33,597 nucleotides of DNA from Octopus bimaculoides. Its lineage: Eukaryota. Each line of letters begins with the position of its first letter. Position 1 is the stretch's first letter. Below, piece after piece: positions 1 to 11,920 of the stretch. A model generated the notes under the pieces. That model was not told the DNA's origin. It worked only from the letters and a program-made list of their open reading frames with translations, and did no database searches. The stretch lies in the NCBI RefSeq assembly GCF_001194135.2, contig NC_068997.1, positions 32,807,404 through 32,841,000 on the forward strand, read 5' to 3'. A program made the translations under genes and the position numbers.

Positions 1-950
1 TCTTGTATACGAATCACTGAGAATGCAATATGAATCCTTTATATGACTCTTGCGCCCCGTCAAAGATTTGCACATTTTTTGGCATAATGTACAGTTGTTT
101 TGGCTGGCAGAAGGAACCAGTACCATAATATGAAGTCTTTTAACATGTCTTTTTAATCCTCCATCTGAACTGCACACTTTTCCACAGGTTGCACATGTTC
201 TGTTGTCAACAATAGCTGCATCATAATTTACAAAGGTCTCTTTGATGGCTGGCTAGACCTACTTGATTTTAGAATTTCCGCCTACAAATCACACACGTAA
301 AAATCAAAAGTCCATTTTCTACTGGTTCATTCTTTCTAAGCTTTCTCCTGATCTTCTCGTGCTTCATTCTCTCTCTTTCAAACTTCGAGCAATTACTGCG
401 CACTCTTTTCCTCCATCTATTTCGGTTTAGTGCTTCTCTCTCCCAATCAACATCTGAAATTCTTGTTTGTGTCAAAGCAGTTTTAAAGCAAACTTTGAAC
501 CTCATTTTGGGTTTATGTGCTGGTCTTTTACGATCTTTCAGCTCACCCTACAAAAGTCGCTTAGGAAGTCTTTTGTTATTCATTCTCACCAGATGTCCAC
601 CCCCAACTCAAACGACTTTGCAGAATGATTGATATTACACCCCTACTGCAACTTCTCTCAAGTACTTCTACATCACTGATTGCCATTCTCCAGTTTATCC
701 CAGAAATTTCCCGAAGACAATGTTGATGAAATCGTTCTAGATGCATCAAATGTTTACGATATATAATTTATGTCTCACTTCCATAGTGCAATGATGGCAG
801 AACACGTGTTATGAACCTCAACCTTAGTTAAGAATGATATAGTATTTAAGCCTTGCTTTCATGAAATCTCGAATTCGATCTCAACGGTGGCGTAGTGGAC
901 AAATATTTCCGCTATGACCATTGAGTGAACTAAGCATGATTAATAAAACT
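1..950 (-). mobile_element. Decayed RTE-clade (BovB-like) LINE, 3' part of ORF2: RT thumb and C-terminus with three C2H2 zinc fingers
   Basis: Minus-strand translation with stops and frameshifts: VLPSLHYGSET*..YRKHLMHLERFHQHCLREISGINW..VEVLER..RLSW.GHLVRMNNKRLPKRLL*GEL..RPAHKPKMRFK..DWEREALNRNRWR. Fingers: CVIC-x12-H (~250-294), CATC-x12-H-x4-H (130-195), CTLC-x12-H (~30-93). The 5' limit is approximate. Confidence 0.85.
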
Positions 951-1177
951 GTGTATATGGGACCTTCGAGAAAATCCCATGGTTGAAATGCAACTCTAAT
1001 TAAAAGAGCCATCTGTTTTCGCATACAATGTCCTGTTGATTTCACTTGAATATTATGCTAATGGTACACCTGTTTGTGGAATACTCAGCTATTTATCCTA
1101 GAATTAAATGGAAAGGTTGCCCAACTGATTGGACAGCTGAAATACTCAACAAGGAAACCAATGGAAGATGAAAATAA

Positions 1178-1600
1178 TGTATGTATGTATGTATGTATAC
1201 ATGCATGCACGTACGTATAAGTGTGTATGTGCGTATATGTGTGTATATGTGAGTATATGTGTGTATATGTGTGTATATGTGTGTTTGTGTGTGTCGGCAA
1301 CAAAGAAAGAGCTGGTTTCTAATTGAAAAACAAGGCTCTTTCATTGGAATTTAGGCATCAATTTGGTCATCTTGTATGTATGTATGTATCAGTATACATA
1401 CGTGTGTATGTATCCAATACGTACGTACATGCATGTAGGCATGCATGTATGCATGCATACATACATACATGCATACATACATACATACATACATACATAC
1501 ATACATGCATACATGCAAACATACATACATAGATACATACATACATACATACATGCATACATACATACATACATACATACATACATACATACATACATAC
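1178..1600. repeat. (TATG)n/(TATATG)n and (CATA)n microsatellite tracts
   Basis: Direct inspection; these tracts produce the MYVC/HTYI ORFs. Confidence 0.95.
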
Positions 1601-1696
1601 CCTGTTGTTGATGTTGAAATTCCAATGAAGGAAGTTTGGATTTAGGTTAAAAACTTGGTCTTTTTCTATTGGCAAGAAATCTTGAAATAAAACTGA

Positions 1697-1978
1697 ACAA
1701 TGACATACATATAATTAACGGTAGTCTCTCAAGTCCAAGAAAGACAGTTCTGCAATTCCTTGCTGAACAACCTGCACAGTGATCAAATGTTTGTGCAGCA
1801 CATGAGCTCACTCCCTCCAAATAGACGTTGCCTTGATGTACCACACATCGGATGTCGAAGTGATCGTAACATGAGATAAAGTGTTTTGCTCAAGAACACA
1901 ATGCAACTAGCGGTCTGAGAATCGAATCTACGACCTCTCGATCGTAAGTGCAGTACTCTAACCACTTGGCTAAATGCC
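1697..1978 (-). mobile_element. tRNA-derived SINE, family a, copy 1
   Basis: Minus strand begins GGCATTTAGCCAAGTGGTTAGAG (A box) ... GTAGATTCGATTCTC (B box-like), then TTGTGTTCTTGAGCAAAACACTT. A homologous copy lies at 14737-15052. Confidence 0.75.
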
Positions 1979-3384
1979 CTGCATATATACACGCAAACAC
2001 ACATACATGACAGGTTCAATCTTAGACGAAAAGAAAGAAGGGAAAGGTCTGAAAATAAGTTTAGGCAGCCATTGAGTTCGTACAGTATAACATTACTCGG
2101 CATCTATCAAACAACTTCAAGACAAATTAATTCATTAACTAAATACTCAAAAGCTGAAGAGAACAACATAGGGGAAGTTTTCTAGAAAGATTCTCTCCTC
2201 GTAAACCTTCCGTGCGATCCCATTCTTGAGAAACGTACCTCACTCAAGAGCTGTAAGATAAACATAGAGGTTATGTATCGACATGTTTCCTTAAAAACTT
2301 GGGGGTGATCCTAATATTAACATGAAGTGTAGCCTCTCTGGGACACGTGATTGTTACATCACGTCACATATCGAAGGTTATGCTTTTGTAATCCAAGAGC
2401 AGGAGATAGCAACGCAATAACTAATGACAGTGAAACGTTTAAACCCCCAAGATACGATGAAAATTGTCGATTATATCACATTACTGTACAAGATGTTATA
2501 CATGTGATCGGCATCTACCCGAAAATGTCATTAAGGCACAACTATCCAATGAGTCATGATATTGTTGCTAAAACAACGTGCAATGCGATTCGTGGAAGTG
2601 ACTGCCCTGGGATAAATATAGGGAATATCTCTGTTATTGCATACATTACACGTCAGCTTAAGAAAAAGTGGAAGTTTCCCACCTAAACTTTCGACAACAG
2701 CAAACATAACAAGCAGATATAGTCGTCTGACACACAAATGAAATTTTATGTAGAGAAATATCTTCTGAAATAAGATACTTTGCATTCCATCTCCATACCA
2801 CCAGGTTATCCCGGATAAGACCATCTACAATGTTAAAGGTATGGCCTTTCATACTTTGATATTCAGCTTGTAGGTTCAAAGAAAACTTACAGTTAATAGT
2901 CTTTTCCTCTAATTTCCTACGACAACAAAGCCTTTACCTGACCTCTCATAGTTCGTGTTTTACCAGTAATTCTCTCGTTGGCAGAGCCCGTAGATTTTGG
3001 ATAGTCTGGTTCGTTAATTCACTCTTTATTACTGAATTGTATGACGTTTTTCTTTTATCTGATGATGTATAGTGAAGAGAGACGATATGTTTTTTGTTGA
3101 GAAGGGAGGTAATTCATTTGTTTGCGTGCTATCCACTTTCACTTGAGATCTGTAATTCTTATTTGTTAGTGAATGGTAATTGCAGTCAATGCCACAAGAT
3201 ATTCAGTACTCCAAAACTGGGAACTTCAGTTTGAGTTAGGTGTCCTTTAGCAACTTAATCGATCATAGATAACATCAAGTCAGTCAAGTCGACTCATGTC
3301 ATGATCAGTCTTTTATTTAGTACGAAGTTCTCCTTAAATCTTGCCGTGAGCTCTCTTTGAGCTGTTTGTATTCTGCTTCACTGT

Positions 3385-3386
3385 CT

Positions 3387-3452
<66 letters not shown>

Positions 3453-3470
3453 TTCTCTCCTTCTATTTCT
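3385..3470. repeat. (CT)n microsatellite
   Basis: Direct inspection. Confidence 0.95.
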
Positions 3471-4320
3471 TTCTCTTTTTGTTTGATTGTTGATTGTAAG
3501 TGGTTAACGCATTTTAATGTAACGCTGGCAATCCTATCTCTGTATTATTATTTTCTTTTTTGCTTTGATCGTGAATCACGTTTTTAGCAATTTCTCAAAA
3601 GGAGAAGCGATCGAGCTGTTGATACTTTTATTTGCTGCGATTTTGGGGAGTTGATTTTTGCCAAGTAGAGTAACATATAGCTTCTCAACGGAAGTGGATT
3701 GCTCATACAGTTGCTTCTCTCGGAAATATAAGTAGTAGTAACGATATACTACATACATACCAATAGCTCACCAGTCTCCTCATGTAAAGGATAGAAGCAT
3801 ATTCTCTAGATTCTTTCTACATATGGTATAGGTTATGGTTCAGATGAAAGCCTACTGGAATTTCTCTTAATATATGCGATACTTGAACCTGGTTTCCTGT
3901 TTTACTATGGCGCGTGAAGTAGGAATCCACGTGCTATTTATAGCTTAATTTTTATGTATACTGCTATTGTCTTCTCCAAACAGGTGCTAATTTGTATTTG
4001 ACCAAAGAAGATAAACAGTTTTGTTTTCTTTTTTAACTAGGTTTGTATTTATGGTAAACGTTTGTGGGGAAGTATTCATTACACGAACAGATGAATAGTA
4101 TCCCTTTCTGATCACGGACTTTGACACCGTATGAATATATGAATGTTTGTATGCGTGCATGTTTTCGCTTTCTGATTGGAGTTTCAAAGTTTGTTTTGAC
4201 TGGCCACCTGCTCCGTGGCAACATTGTAAAAAATTATACAAAAGTAGGTTAGGGATGGGGGCAGATGTCCTGTTCTTTTCTTGCGCAACTATTCACCCTA
4301 ATATATATATATATATAAAT

Positions 4321-4470
4321 TTTTTTCTCCTTGTCTCCGTATTCTTTCTGTTGAAGAGCGTAGCTCGAAACGTCAAAGACTTTCCGTATTCCCGAGCGTC
4401 ATACTAATACATCCTTTTGTTATTTACACCACCTGTCCTCGTCTGTTGTTGTTTTTTCGTACATTGTCCC
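4321..4470 (+). mobile_element. Short Penelope-type terminal (pLTR-like) element ending in (AT)n, copy 1
   Basis: Homologous to the minus-strand copy at ~22020-22175 and to a tail fragment at ~12715-12766. Carries a minimal hammerhead-like motif, a hallmark of Penelope-like element pLTRs. Confidence 0.65.
4343..4379 (+). ncRNA. Minimal type I hammerhead ribozyme-like motif with variant core CUGUUGA
   Basis: TCTTT-CTGTTGA-A-GAGC(GTA)GCTC-GAAA-CG-TC-AAAGA: stem I TCTTT/AAAGA, stem II GAGC/GCTC, GAAA, palindromic ACGT stem III, and a GUC cleavage triplet (cut after 4374). Confidence 0.6.
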
Positions 4471-4832
4471 ATATATATATATATATATATANNNNNNNNN
4501 NNNNNNNNNNNNNNNNNNNNNNNNNNNNNNNNNNNNNNNNNNNNNNNNNNNNNNNNNNNNNNNNNNNNNNNNNNNNNNNNNNNNNNNNNNNNNNNNNNNN
4601 NNNNNNNNNNNNNNNNNNNNNNNNNNNNNNNNNNNNNNNNNNNNNNNNNNNNNNNNNNNNNNNNNNNNNNNNNNNNNNNNNNNNNNNNNNNNNNNNNNNN
4701 NNNNNNNNNNNNNNNNNNNNNNNNNNNNNNNNNNNNNNNNNNNNNNNNNNNNNNNNNNNNNNNNNNNNNNNNNNNNNNNNNNNNNNNNNNNNNNNNNNNN
4801 NNNNNNNNNNNNNNNNNNNNNNNNNNNNNNNN

Positions 4833-4898
<66 letters not shown>

Positions 4899-4937
4899 TG
4901 TATGTATGTATGTATGTATTTTTTTTTGTGTGTGTAA

Positions 4938-6405
4938 GTACTTCGCTATTTTTCTATACTTCTCATATTAATGTTTTCATCATTTGGGACTGTAAAGTCA
5001 ATTATCTGGTACTCTCTGTTCTCTTTATCTACTACTACGAAATCAGGCCTTCTAGCTTCTATTACTCTGTCAGTCTTAATGTTAAAGTCACACAATATTC
5101 TATATTTCTTACTTTCTAGAACTTTAAGAGGTTCATGTTCATACCATTTATCAGTTTGGTCAAATCCTAGCTTTCTACATAGCACCCAGTGGATTACTCT
5201 TCCTAGGTTGTCATGTCTTTTCTTGTGTTCTTTCTGTGCCAGCATGCTACATTCACTTACTATATGCGTAACACTTTACTCTTTTGATTTGCATAGCCTA
5301 ATTGGGAATCTACTCGGTTTTTGCCTATCTTGGATTTTATCCAGTTAGTCCTAAATGCGTGATCTTGTGCTGCTATTAACAAACTTTCTGCCTCCCTTTT
5401 CAGTCTTTCTTTCTGCAACCACAACCACGGCTCACTATTACTATTTGCTGCAACTATCTTTGGGAATCTACCACTCAAAGCCTTCTTTTGCTAGTGAGAT
5501 AACTTCTGTTCTTTTTTCTGGCTTTTAACTTCATTTGGGTTTTTGGTTTCTCCATGTCTTGCTGTGACTCTAGCAGCTTTTAGTAAACTTTCTTCATTAT
5601 TACCCACATAGTAGTCTATATCTACTCTAGCTCACTCCATGCAGTCTTCTACTGATATTAGCCCTCTTCCACCTTTCTTTCTAGATAAGTATAATCTTGC
5701 TAATCCTGCCTTTAGGTGGAGCCTTCCATTCATATCAAATTCCTTCCTAGTTCTTCTGTCTACCTTTGCTAATTCAGTTTTTGTCTAATCTACAAACGCT
5801 GCTGAGTATCTAAGTAATGATACTGTCCAATTATTTACTGCCTTCACTAAATTCGGACTATTTTGGTTTGATTTCATTAGCTTACTCACGCTTCTGTTGT
5901 ACTCCTTCTCAATTTTCGTTTTCGTTTCTGTAGTTCTATAGTTCTAATCTGTCAGATTCTAATACTCTTAGATACTTATAACTCTCTCCTCCTTTCAATG
6001 ATTTTCATGTCTGGCCATCTTGTAATTGGATGCCTTCTCATGACCTGTCCCCTTCTCATGACTAATATTTCACACTTATCTATGCCAAATTCCATGCCTA
6101 TATCTTCGCTGAAGCGTCTTACAGTCTGTATTAAGGAATCTATCTCTTTTCATTCTTACTAAAAAGCTTCAAATCATCCATGTAGAGCAAATGATCAGTT
6201 TATATTCCTTACTATTTCTGAACTGATGCCCTGCTTTTGCCTTCCTTAATACAAAACTGATGGGGAGCAAATATGAAACATATATTAAAGGAGATAAGGA
6301 GTCCCCTTGGAAAATTCCTCTCTTGATATTAATTTTCCCTAATACTGTGTCACGTGAGCAGAGATCTACTTTCCATTTTTTATGCTAAAGCTAATTAATT
6401 CTCTA
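4938..6405 (-). mobile_element. R4/Dong-clade RLE retrotransposon, family C, 5'-truncated and lacking its 3' end
   Basis: RT motifs RGIFQGDSLSP and HLLYMDDLK; RLYL.RK.GGRGL; LLIAAQD; CCHC region KKRHDNLGRVIHW; endonuclease RRPDFVVVDK..IIDFTVP. The 5' end abuts (TAA)n; the 3' end runs into a (TATG)n tract. Confidence 0.9.
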
Positions 6406-6493
<88 letters not shown>

Positions 6494-6498
6494 CATCA
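6406..6498. repeat. (ATT)n/(TAA)n microsatellite between retroelement copies
   Basis: Direct inspection. Similar spacers at 7427-7552, 8972-8990, 9265-9339, 26954-27017, 28341-28354, 29131-29216, 30756-30891, 31182-31221, 31983-31997, 32452-32493, ~33340-33387 and ~33498-33547. Confidence 0.95.
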
Positions 6499-7426
6499 TT
6501 CAGTAGTTTTATTTTTATAACGTGCTTTCACTTCACTACCGAGCGCGGCTCTGTGCGCCTTGGGTATGTGCTGTGGTTTGCTGTGGTGCTCTTATGGTTA
6601 CTGTATTGAAAGTGTTTTGCGCAGGATATGTGCAGTGCCCAGTAGTGCAATTTTCTGTATGTTATATATACTTGTAAGTCCTGGTGTCTTTGTTATGTAT
6701 TTGTCTGAATATTTTTTTTATCATACCTAATGCGCCTACTATGATAGGAATTGTTTCTGCTTTTAGATTCCACATTCGAGTTACCTCTATTTCCACGTCT
6801 TTGTATTTTGAAAGTTTCTCCATTTCTTTTAGGGAAACGTTGTCATCTGCTGGTATTGATACATCAATTAGAAAGCATTTTTTTCTTCATGATCTCTGAC
6901 AACTATATCTGGCTTATTGGCCTTAATTTTTCTATCTGTGTGTATTGGCATATCCCAGAGCATGGTTGTTTTCTTCTTTTCTGGCGTGTGCTTATACCAT
7001 CTTTTTTCTGTTGTTATTCCATAGTGTTGACATAGCTTCTAGTGTATGTACTCCCAGCTCTGTCTTGTCTGCGAATATATTCCTTCTTAGCCAGGACTGG
7101 GTAGCCAGAGATAATATGATCTATTGTTTCTTGTCCATCGCCACATATTCTGCAGTTACTTGTAATGTTTCTTTTCATTATATGTTTTTTGGTAATTTCT
7201 GATGGGGAGGCTTTGGTCTTGTGAAGCAATTAAAAATCCTTCAATCTCTGCTTTGAGTCCTGAGCTTCTCAACCATTGCTGGGATTTTTCTCTGTTTATT
7301 TCTTTTACATTTAGTTTAGCCCAGTATTTACTACGTAGGGGCTTTTCTTGCCATCGTTTTATCATGGTCCGTTGCTGTCCTAGTTTTAGTTAGGATTTCA
7401 TTTGTTTTATAGCTTTTTCTGTTCCT
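6499..7426 (-). mobile_element. R4/Dong-clade retrotransposon, family A, 5'-truncated with intact 3' UTR
   Basis: WLRSSGLKAEIEGFLIASQDQSL; CRICGDGQETIDHIISG; WDMPIHTDR; PDI..IIDVSIP; MWNLK..TIPIIVGALG..KIALLGTAHIL..LSIQ* (stop at 6598-6600); 3' UTR ends AATAAAACTACTGAA then (TAA)n-like repeats. Confidence 0.9.
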
Positions 7427-7458
7427 TATTATTATTATGATTATTATTATTGTTATTA

Positions 7459-7543
<85 letters not shown>

Positions 7544-7552
7544 CATTATTAT

Positions 7553-8971
7553 ATGAAAACTCACAGCTTATTTTGTTGGGTATGATGGAAACTGTCACCT
7601 GTCCAGAGCCAGCAAACCAAGGTGACACTTGTTTACTGGTAATGCTTCACGAACCCTGCAAAGAATTCTTGCAGTTCCAAGCAATGCTGGTTTTTGTAGG
7701 TGTTCTACCTTCGCACTTGCACCGATCTTTTCCAGCTATGTTGGTAGTTGAGTGCTGATACTTCCAAGTGCACCAATTACTATTGGTATCACGTATGCTC
7801 TCTTCATTGACCACAACCTTCGTATTTCCTATTTCAAATCGTCATAGTTGTTTATCTTTACTTCTTCTTTCACATTGATCTTCTTGTCACCGGGGCACGC
7901 TATGTCAATTATCATGCATGTTCTTTCCTTTTTATTCACCACAACAATGTCCGGTTTCCGATGTCTAGTCAGGTGATCGCACTGGATCATCACATCCCAC
8001 AGGATTTTGCAATTCTCATTCTCGGTGACTCCTTCTGGAGTTTTCTCATACTTCGTCTTTGCTCTTTGTGGGCCGTGATTTCCACAGAGCTCCCAATGGA
8101 TCATTCTTGCCACATTATCATGGCGTCTTTTGCACTCACGTTGTGACAATTTCGGGCATTCGCTAACGATATGCCATACCATTTCACACTTCTCACCACA
8201 AATTCTGCATTTGTCGCTATCGGTAGTTTTGGCAAATCTGCACTCCATATAGTTGGTCCTTAACGCTTATTCCTGAGTGCGCATATGAGTGCTTCCGCCT
8301 CTATCTTCAGGTCACTCCTCCTCATCCATAGCCACTGGTCCTCTACATCTGTCTTGGCATTCACATCTCTTACAAACTGACGCACATTTTCTTTTCATTC
8401 CATGCTTTTTCTTTCCTTTTTGTTCATTTCTTGTTTAAATTTTCCTTTAGTTACACAATTTTCAGTATTGATGACGCCGGCCTTTGTGCGTTTCAACAGT
8501 GGCTTCACGGCATTTTTTATATACCAACCTAAGCTGTTTTCCTCTGCTTCGATACAACCCTGGCAACTGATTAAACCTCTGCTACTCTTTCTTCTGGACA
8601 AGTACAGCCTATCGGTGTCACTCTTATGGTGGAAGACTCCGTGTACTGTCAAGATTTTTCTGATCTTGGTATCCATTTTCTTCATTTCTGTATTTTGGTA
8701 TTTTATAATTCCCGCTGCATACCGAAGTGATGCTATCGGCCACCTATTAACTGCTTGGATTTTGTTCCATCAAGTCAATGTTGAGTGCAACACCAACCAC
8801 ATTCTTCGGAAATACTCTATCCTCAGTTGCTCTTTCATTTCCTTTTCCACTATATCGCTGAACTCTAGTACACCATGATATTTGTATCCTTCCGTTTCAG
8901 TTTATTTAATCAAGTCTCTTTTCGGTAATTCTATTCCTGCTAGGCACTGTACCTTGCCTCTTTTTAGGTAG
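7553..8971 (-). mobile_element. R4/Dong-clade retrotransposon, family E, 5'-truncated
   Basis: GYKYHGVLE; DTDRLYLSRRKSSRGL; CRICGEKCEMVWHIVSECPKL..RHDNVARMIHW; RHRKPDIVVVNKKERTCMIIDIACPGD; PIVIGALGS; the 3' UTR ends at (TAA)n. Confidence 0.9.
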
Positions 8972-8990
8972 ATTATTATTATTATTATTG

Positions 8991-9262
8991 TTCAGTAGTT
9001 TTATTTTTATAGCGTGCTTTCACTTCACTACCGAGCGCAGCTCTGTGTGCCTTGGGTATGTGCTGTGGTTTGCTGTGATGCTCTTATGGTTACTGTATTG
9101 AAAGTGTTTTGCGTAGGATGTGTGCAGTGCCCAGTAGTGCAATTTTCTGTATGTTATATATATTTGTAAGTCCTGGTGTAAGTCCTGCTATGTATTTGTC
9201 TGAATATTTTTTTTATTATACCTAAGGCACCTACTATGATAGGAATTGTTTCTGTTTTTAGA

Positions 9263-9264
<2 letters not shown>
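8991..9264 (-). mobile_element. R4/Dong family A 3'-terminal fragment
   Basis: Near-identical to 6499-6770; flanked by (TAA)n on both sides. Confidence 0.9.
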
Positions 9265-9329
<65 letters not shown>

Positions 9330-9339
9330 TCCATTATTA

Positions 9340-9981
9340 TCTTCTTTCAATTTTTTGCCGATTGCATTCCTGACACCTAAGGCAAAGAAACGCTGTGTAG
9401 ACATTGGTAGTCCATGAAATAAACACACCAGATTGTTCATTTACAAAGTCATATTACAGAAAAAGGGAACGGCAAACAGAAAGGAAAAGGAAAAAATTCT
9501 AAAAATAATAAACCAAGAAAATAAAGGGGAAAAAGGGAAAGAAAATTCACATCGACAATGCTCTTCTCAATACGTGTGATGTACCAGTTAAGACAATTTT
9601 TCGCACTTCCTACAGGGATGGTAAGCCAGGGATCGTTCTTAAATAATTTTCAGTTCCTTTTTTGATCATTCCAAGTGCTCCTACAATCACTGGTATTGTA
9701 ACTGTCTTGAGATACCACATCTTTCGATTTACACGTATTCAGATTTGGCAGCTCGAGATGATGTGGTCAACTGTCTCATTGTGCTGATTGCAAATTCTCC
9801 ATTTGGTGTTGAAACCTGTTTTCATTATTTTGTTTTTATAATTGTTTGTAGTCAGGCATTGGTCTTTTGCAGCGATAATCAGTCCTTCCGTTTCGGCTTT
9901 TAGTCCAGATCTTTTGAGCCACTACTGGATGTTACTTAGGCTCACCTCCTCTCTGTCAAGCCTTGCAGGGTATTGACTATG
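9340..9981 (-). mobile_element. R4/Dong-clade retrotransposon, family B, with a large internal deletion
   Basis: HSQYPAR..WLKRSGLKAETEGLIIAAKDQCL..ETVDHIISSC joined almost directly to RKMWYLKTVTIPVIVGALGMIKKG..VLTGTSHVLRRALSM*. The 3' UTR motif is shared with 27831-28340. Confidence 0.85.
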
Positions 9982-10805
9982 AAGTGATTTTTTTCTCCAT
10001 TTTTTCTCCATTTTTATCTCCTCTATTGAGGCCCAGTTCCCTCGTATTGACCTCACAGAACCCTACTTCACTAACACAGATTACTTCAATGCATTTCTCC
10101 AGAGCAAAATTTATGTTTATAGATGGGTAGAGTGAAATCACATCCATACTACCCACTACACAACCTGTGAAGTCGTTAGAGTGGCTGCAAGTACTGATTT
10201 TACTGAGATATTCCGTGTTGATACAGATATCTGGGGATATTTCTATGAGAGGTCTTAACACCTGTGATAGGAAGTAGGGCAGTCTATAGTTGCTGGAGAT
10301 ATTCTCTCCGCAAACTGGTCTGGCTAGGGGCCTCATAACAGGGTTTATGTAGGGTTTGTGGTCTTTGTGTAACCCGTATAGTGTAGGAACATCATTGTTG
10401 GATGCTTGGAAATTGTGTGCAGTCCTTTTCATAGGTTGGAGTATGTTGCACCACATTCTCATGTGTGCATTGAAGAATTTTTCCACTTTTTCATGTTCCT
10501 GTGGTGTAACTTCTCTCATGCTAGTGATGTGTTGTTGCATGGTCTGGACATAGTTCTGTGGACTGTCTATAGACAGTCTGCCAGACTTGTCCATAAGAAG
10601 GCACACTAATTCTCTGTTCCTAATTCGTTGTTTCAGTTTTTTGCAGACCTTTGGCAACAGATGAGCTGAGTCGGTGGGTTCCCTCTTCACTATGTTTTTT
10701 TAGTGGATTTGTTGTACCGGTCTAAGATGTGTCGGAGTCTATTTCTAGCTAAAGAGAGCTTTGCTTCTGCTTCACTGTCAGTTTGGGGTAGGATACATAC
10801 CCTTT
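9982..10805 (-). mobile_element. Penelope-like element reverse transcriptase fragment
   Basis: ORF 9977-10690 contains LMDKSGR, PTLYGLHKDHK, RPVCGENISSNY and GSMDVISLYPSI, all characteristic PLE RT motifs. The N-terminal part continues in another frame up to the gap at 10806. Confidence 0.85.
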
Positions 10806-11110
10806 NNNNNNNNNNNNNNNNNNNNNNNNNNNNNNNNNNNNNNNNNNNNNNNNNNNNNNNNNNNNNNNNNNNNNNNNNNNNNNNNNNNNNNNNNNNNNNN
10901 NNNNNNNNNNNNNNNNNNNNNNNNNNNNNNNNNNNNNNNNNNNNNNNNNNNNNNNNNNNNNNNNNNNNNNNNNNNNNNNNNNNNNNNNNNNNNNNNNNNN
11001 NNNNNNNNNNNNNNNNNNNNNNNNNNNNNNNNNNNNNNNNNNNNNNNNNNNNNNNNNNNNNNNNNNNNNNNNNNNNNNNNNNNNNNNNNNNNNNNNNNNN
11101 NNNNNNNNNN

Positions 11111-11147
<37 letters not shown>

Positions 11148-11792
11148 ATATATATATATACATACATACACACATATATAAGTTTTATTGTGCATTTATT
11201 TTACGTGCTTTATGAAATACATCTCTCACGAGAAAGGAGAAACCACGATGTTATTCTACCCAACCAAGATAAGTGCAGAGGCACACACACACATACACTC
11301 ACATACACATACGAACACATACACACACATACACATAGGCACACACACACCTATACATACACACAGACGTATACATGCTTCTCTCTCCCCCTCTCTCTCC
11401 CCTCTCTCCCCCTCCCCTCTCCCCCTCTCTCTCCCTGAATATATATGTATATAGATATATTTATACACATGCACCTACCCACATACACACACATGTTTAT
11501 GTATAGATACATAAATAAGTACGCATGTACACACACGATGATACACACCCGCACGCATACACGTGTGTGCATACACGTGTGTATTTTCGTGCATTTATTT
11601 ACCCATGCGTCTCTACAGCGATGCCATAACTGCTGAGCATGTTTTCTCTATTGAAAGAAGCTGAGCAAGTGCCGGTGTGAGAAAGTAGAGGAGCCGACAC
11701 AAACGTACAGACATACAACAGTACATATACTGGCGTAAACAAACTCCTTCACACATACATGTACGCGCGCGCGCGCACAGACATACATGTGC

Positions 11793-11831
<39 letters not shown>

Positions 11832-11920
11832 TACATACGCATCTATATAGATGTACGCACACACACATACGTACACGAATACATACATAGACACGCACAC
11901 AACGATACATATACGTTGCA
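11111..11920. repeat. Mixed (AT)n/(CA)n/(CT)n low-complexity tract
   Basis: Direct inspection. Confidence 0.85.

Noticed and set aside
1930-1978. tRNA gene call for the tRNA-like heads here and at 13052 and 32684
   Set aside because: They lack a complete cloverleaf and continue into SINE bodies.
2150-2990. ORFs 2351-2686 (+), 2531-2824 (-) and 2658-2879 (-); CPGINIGNISVIAY faintly resembles the region before an RT YADD motif
   Set aside because: No intact RT motif or recognisable domain; too weak to call a gene or a LINE.
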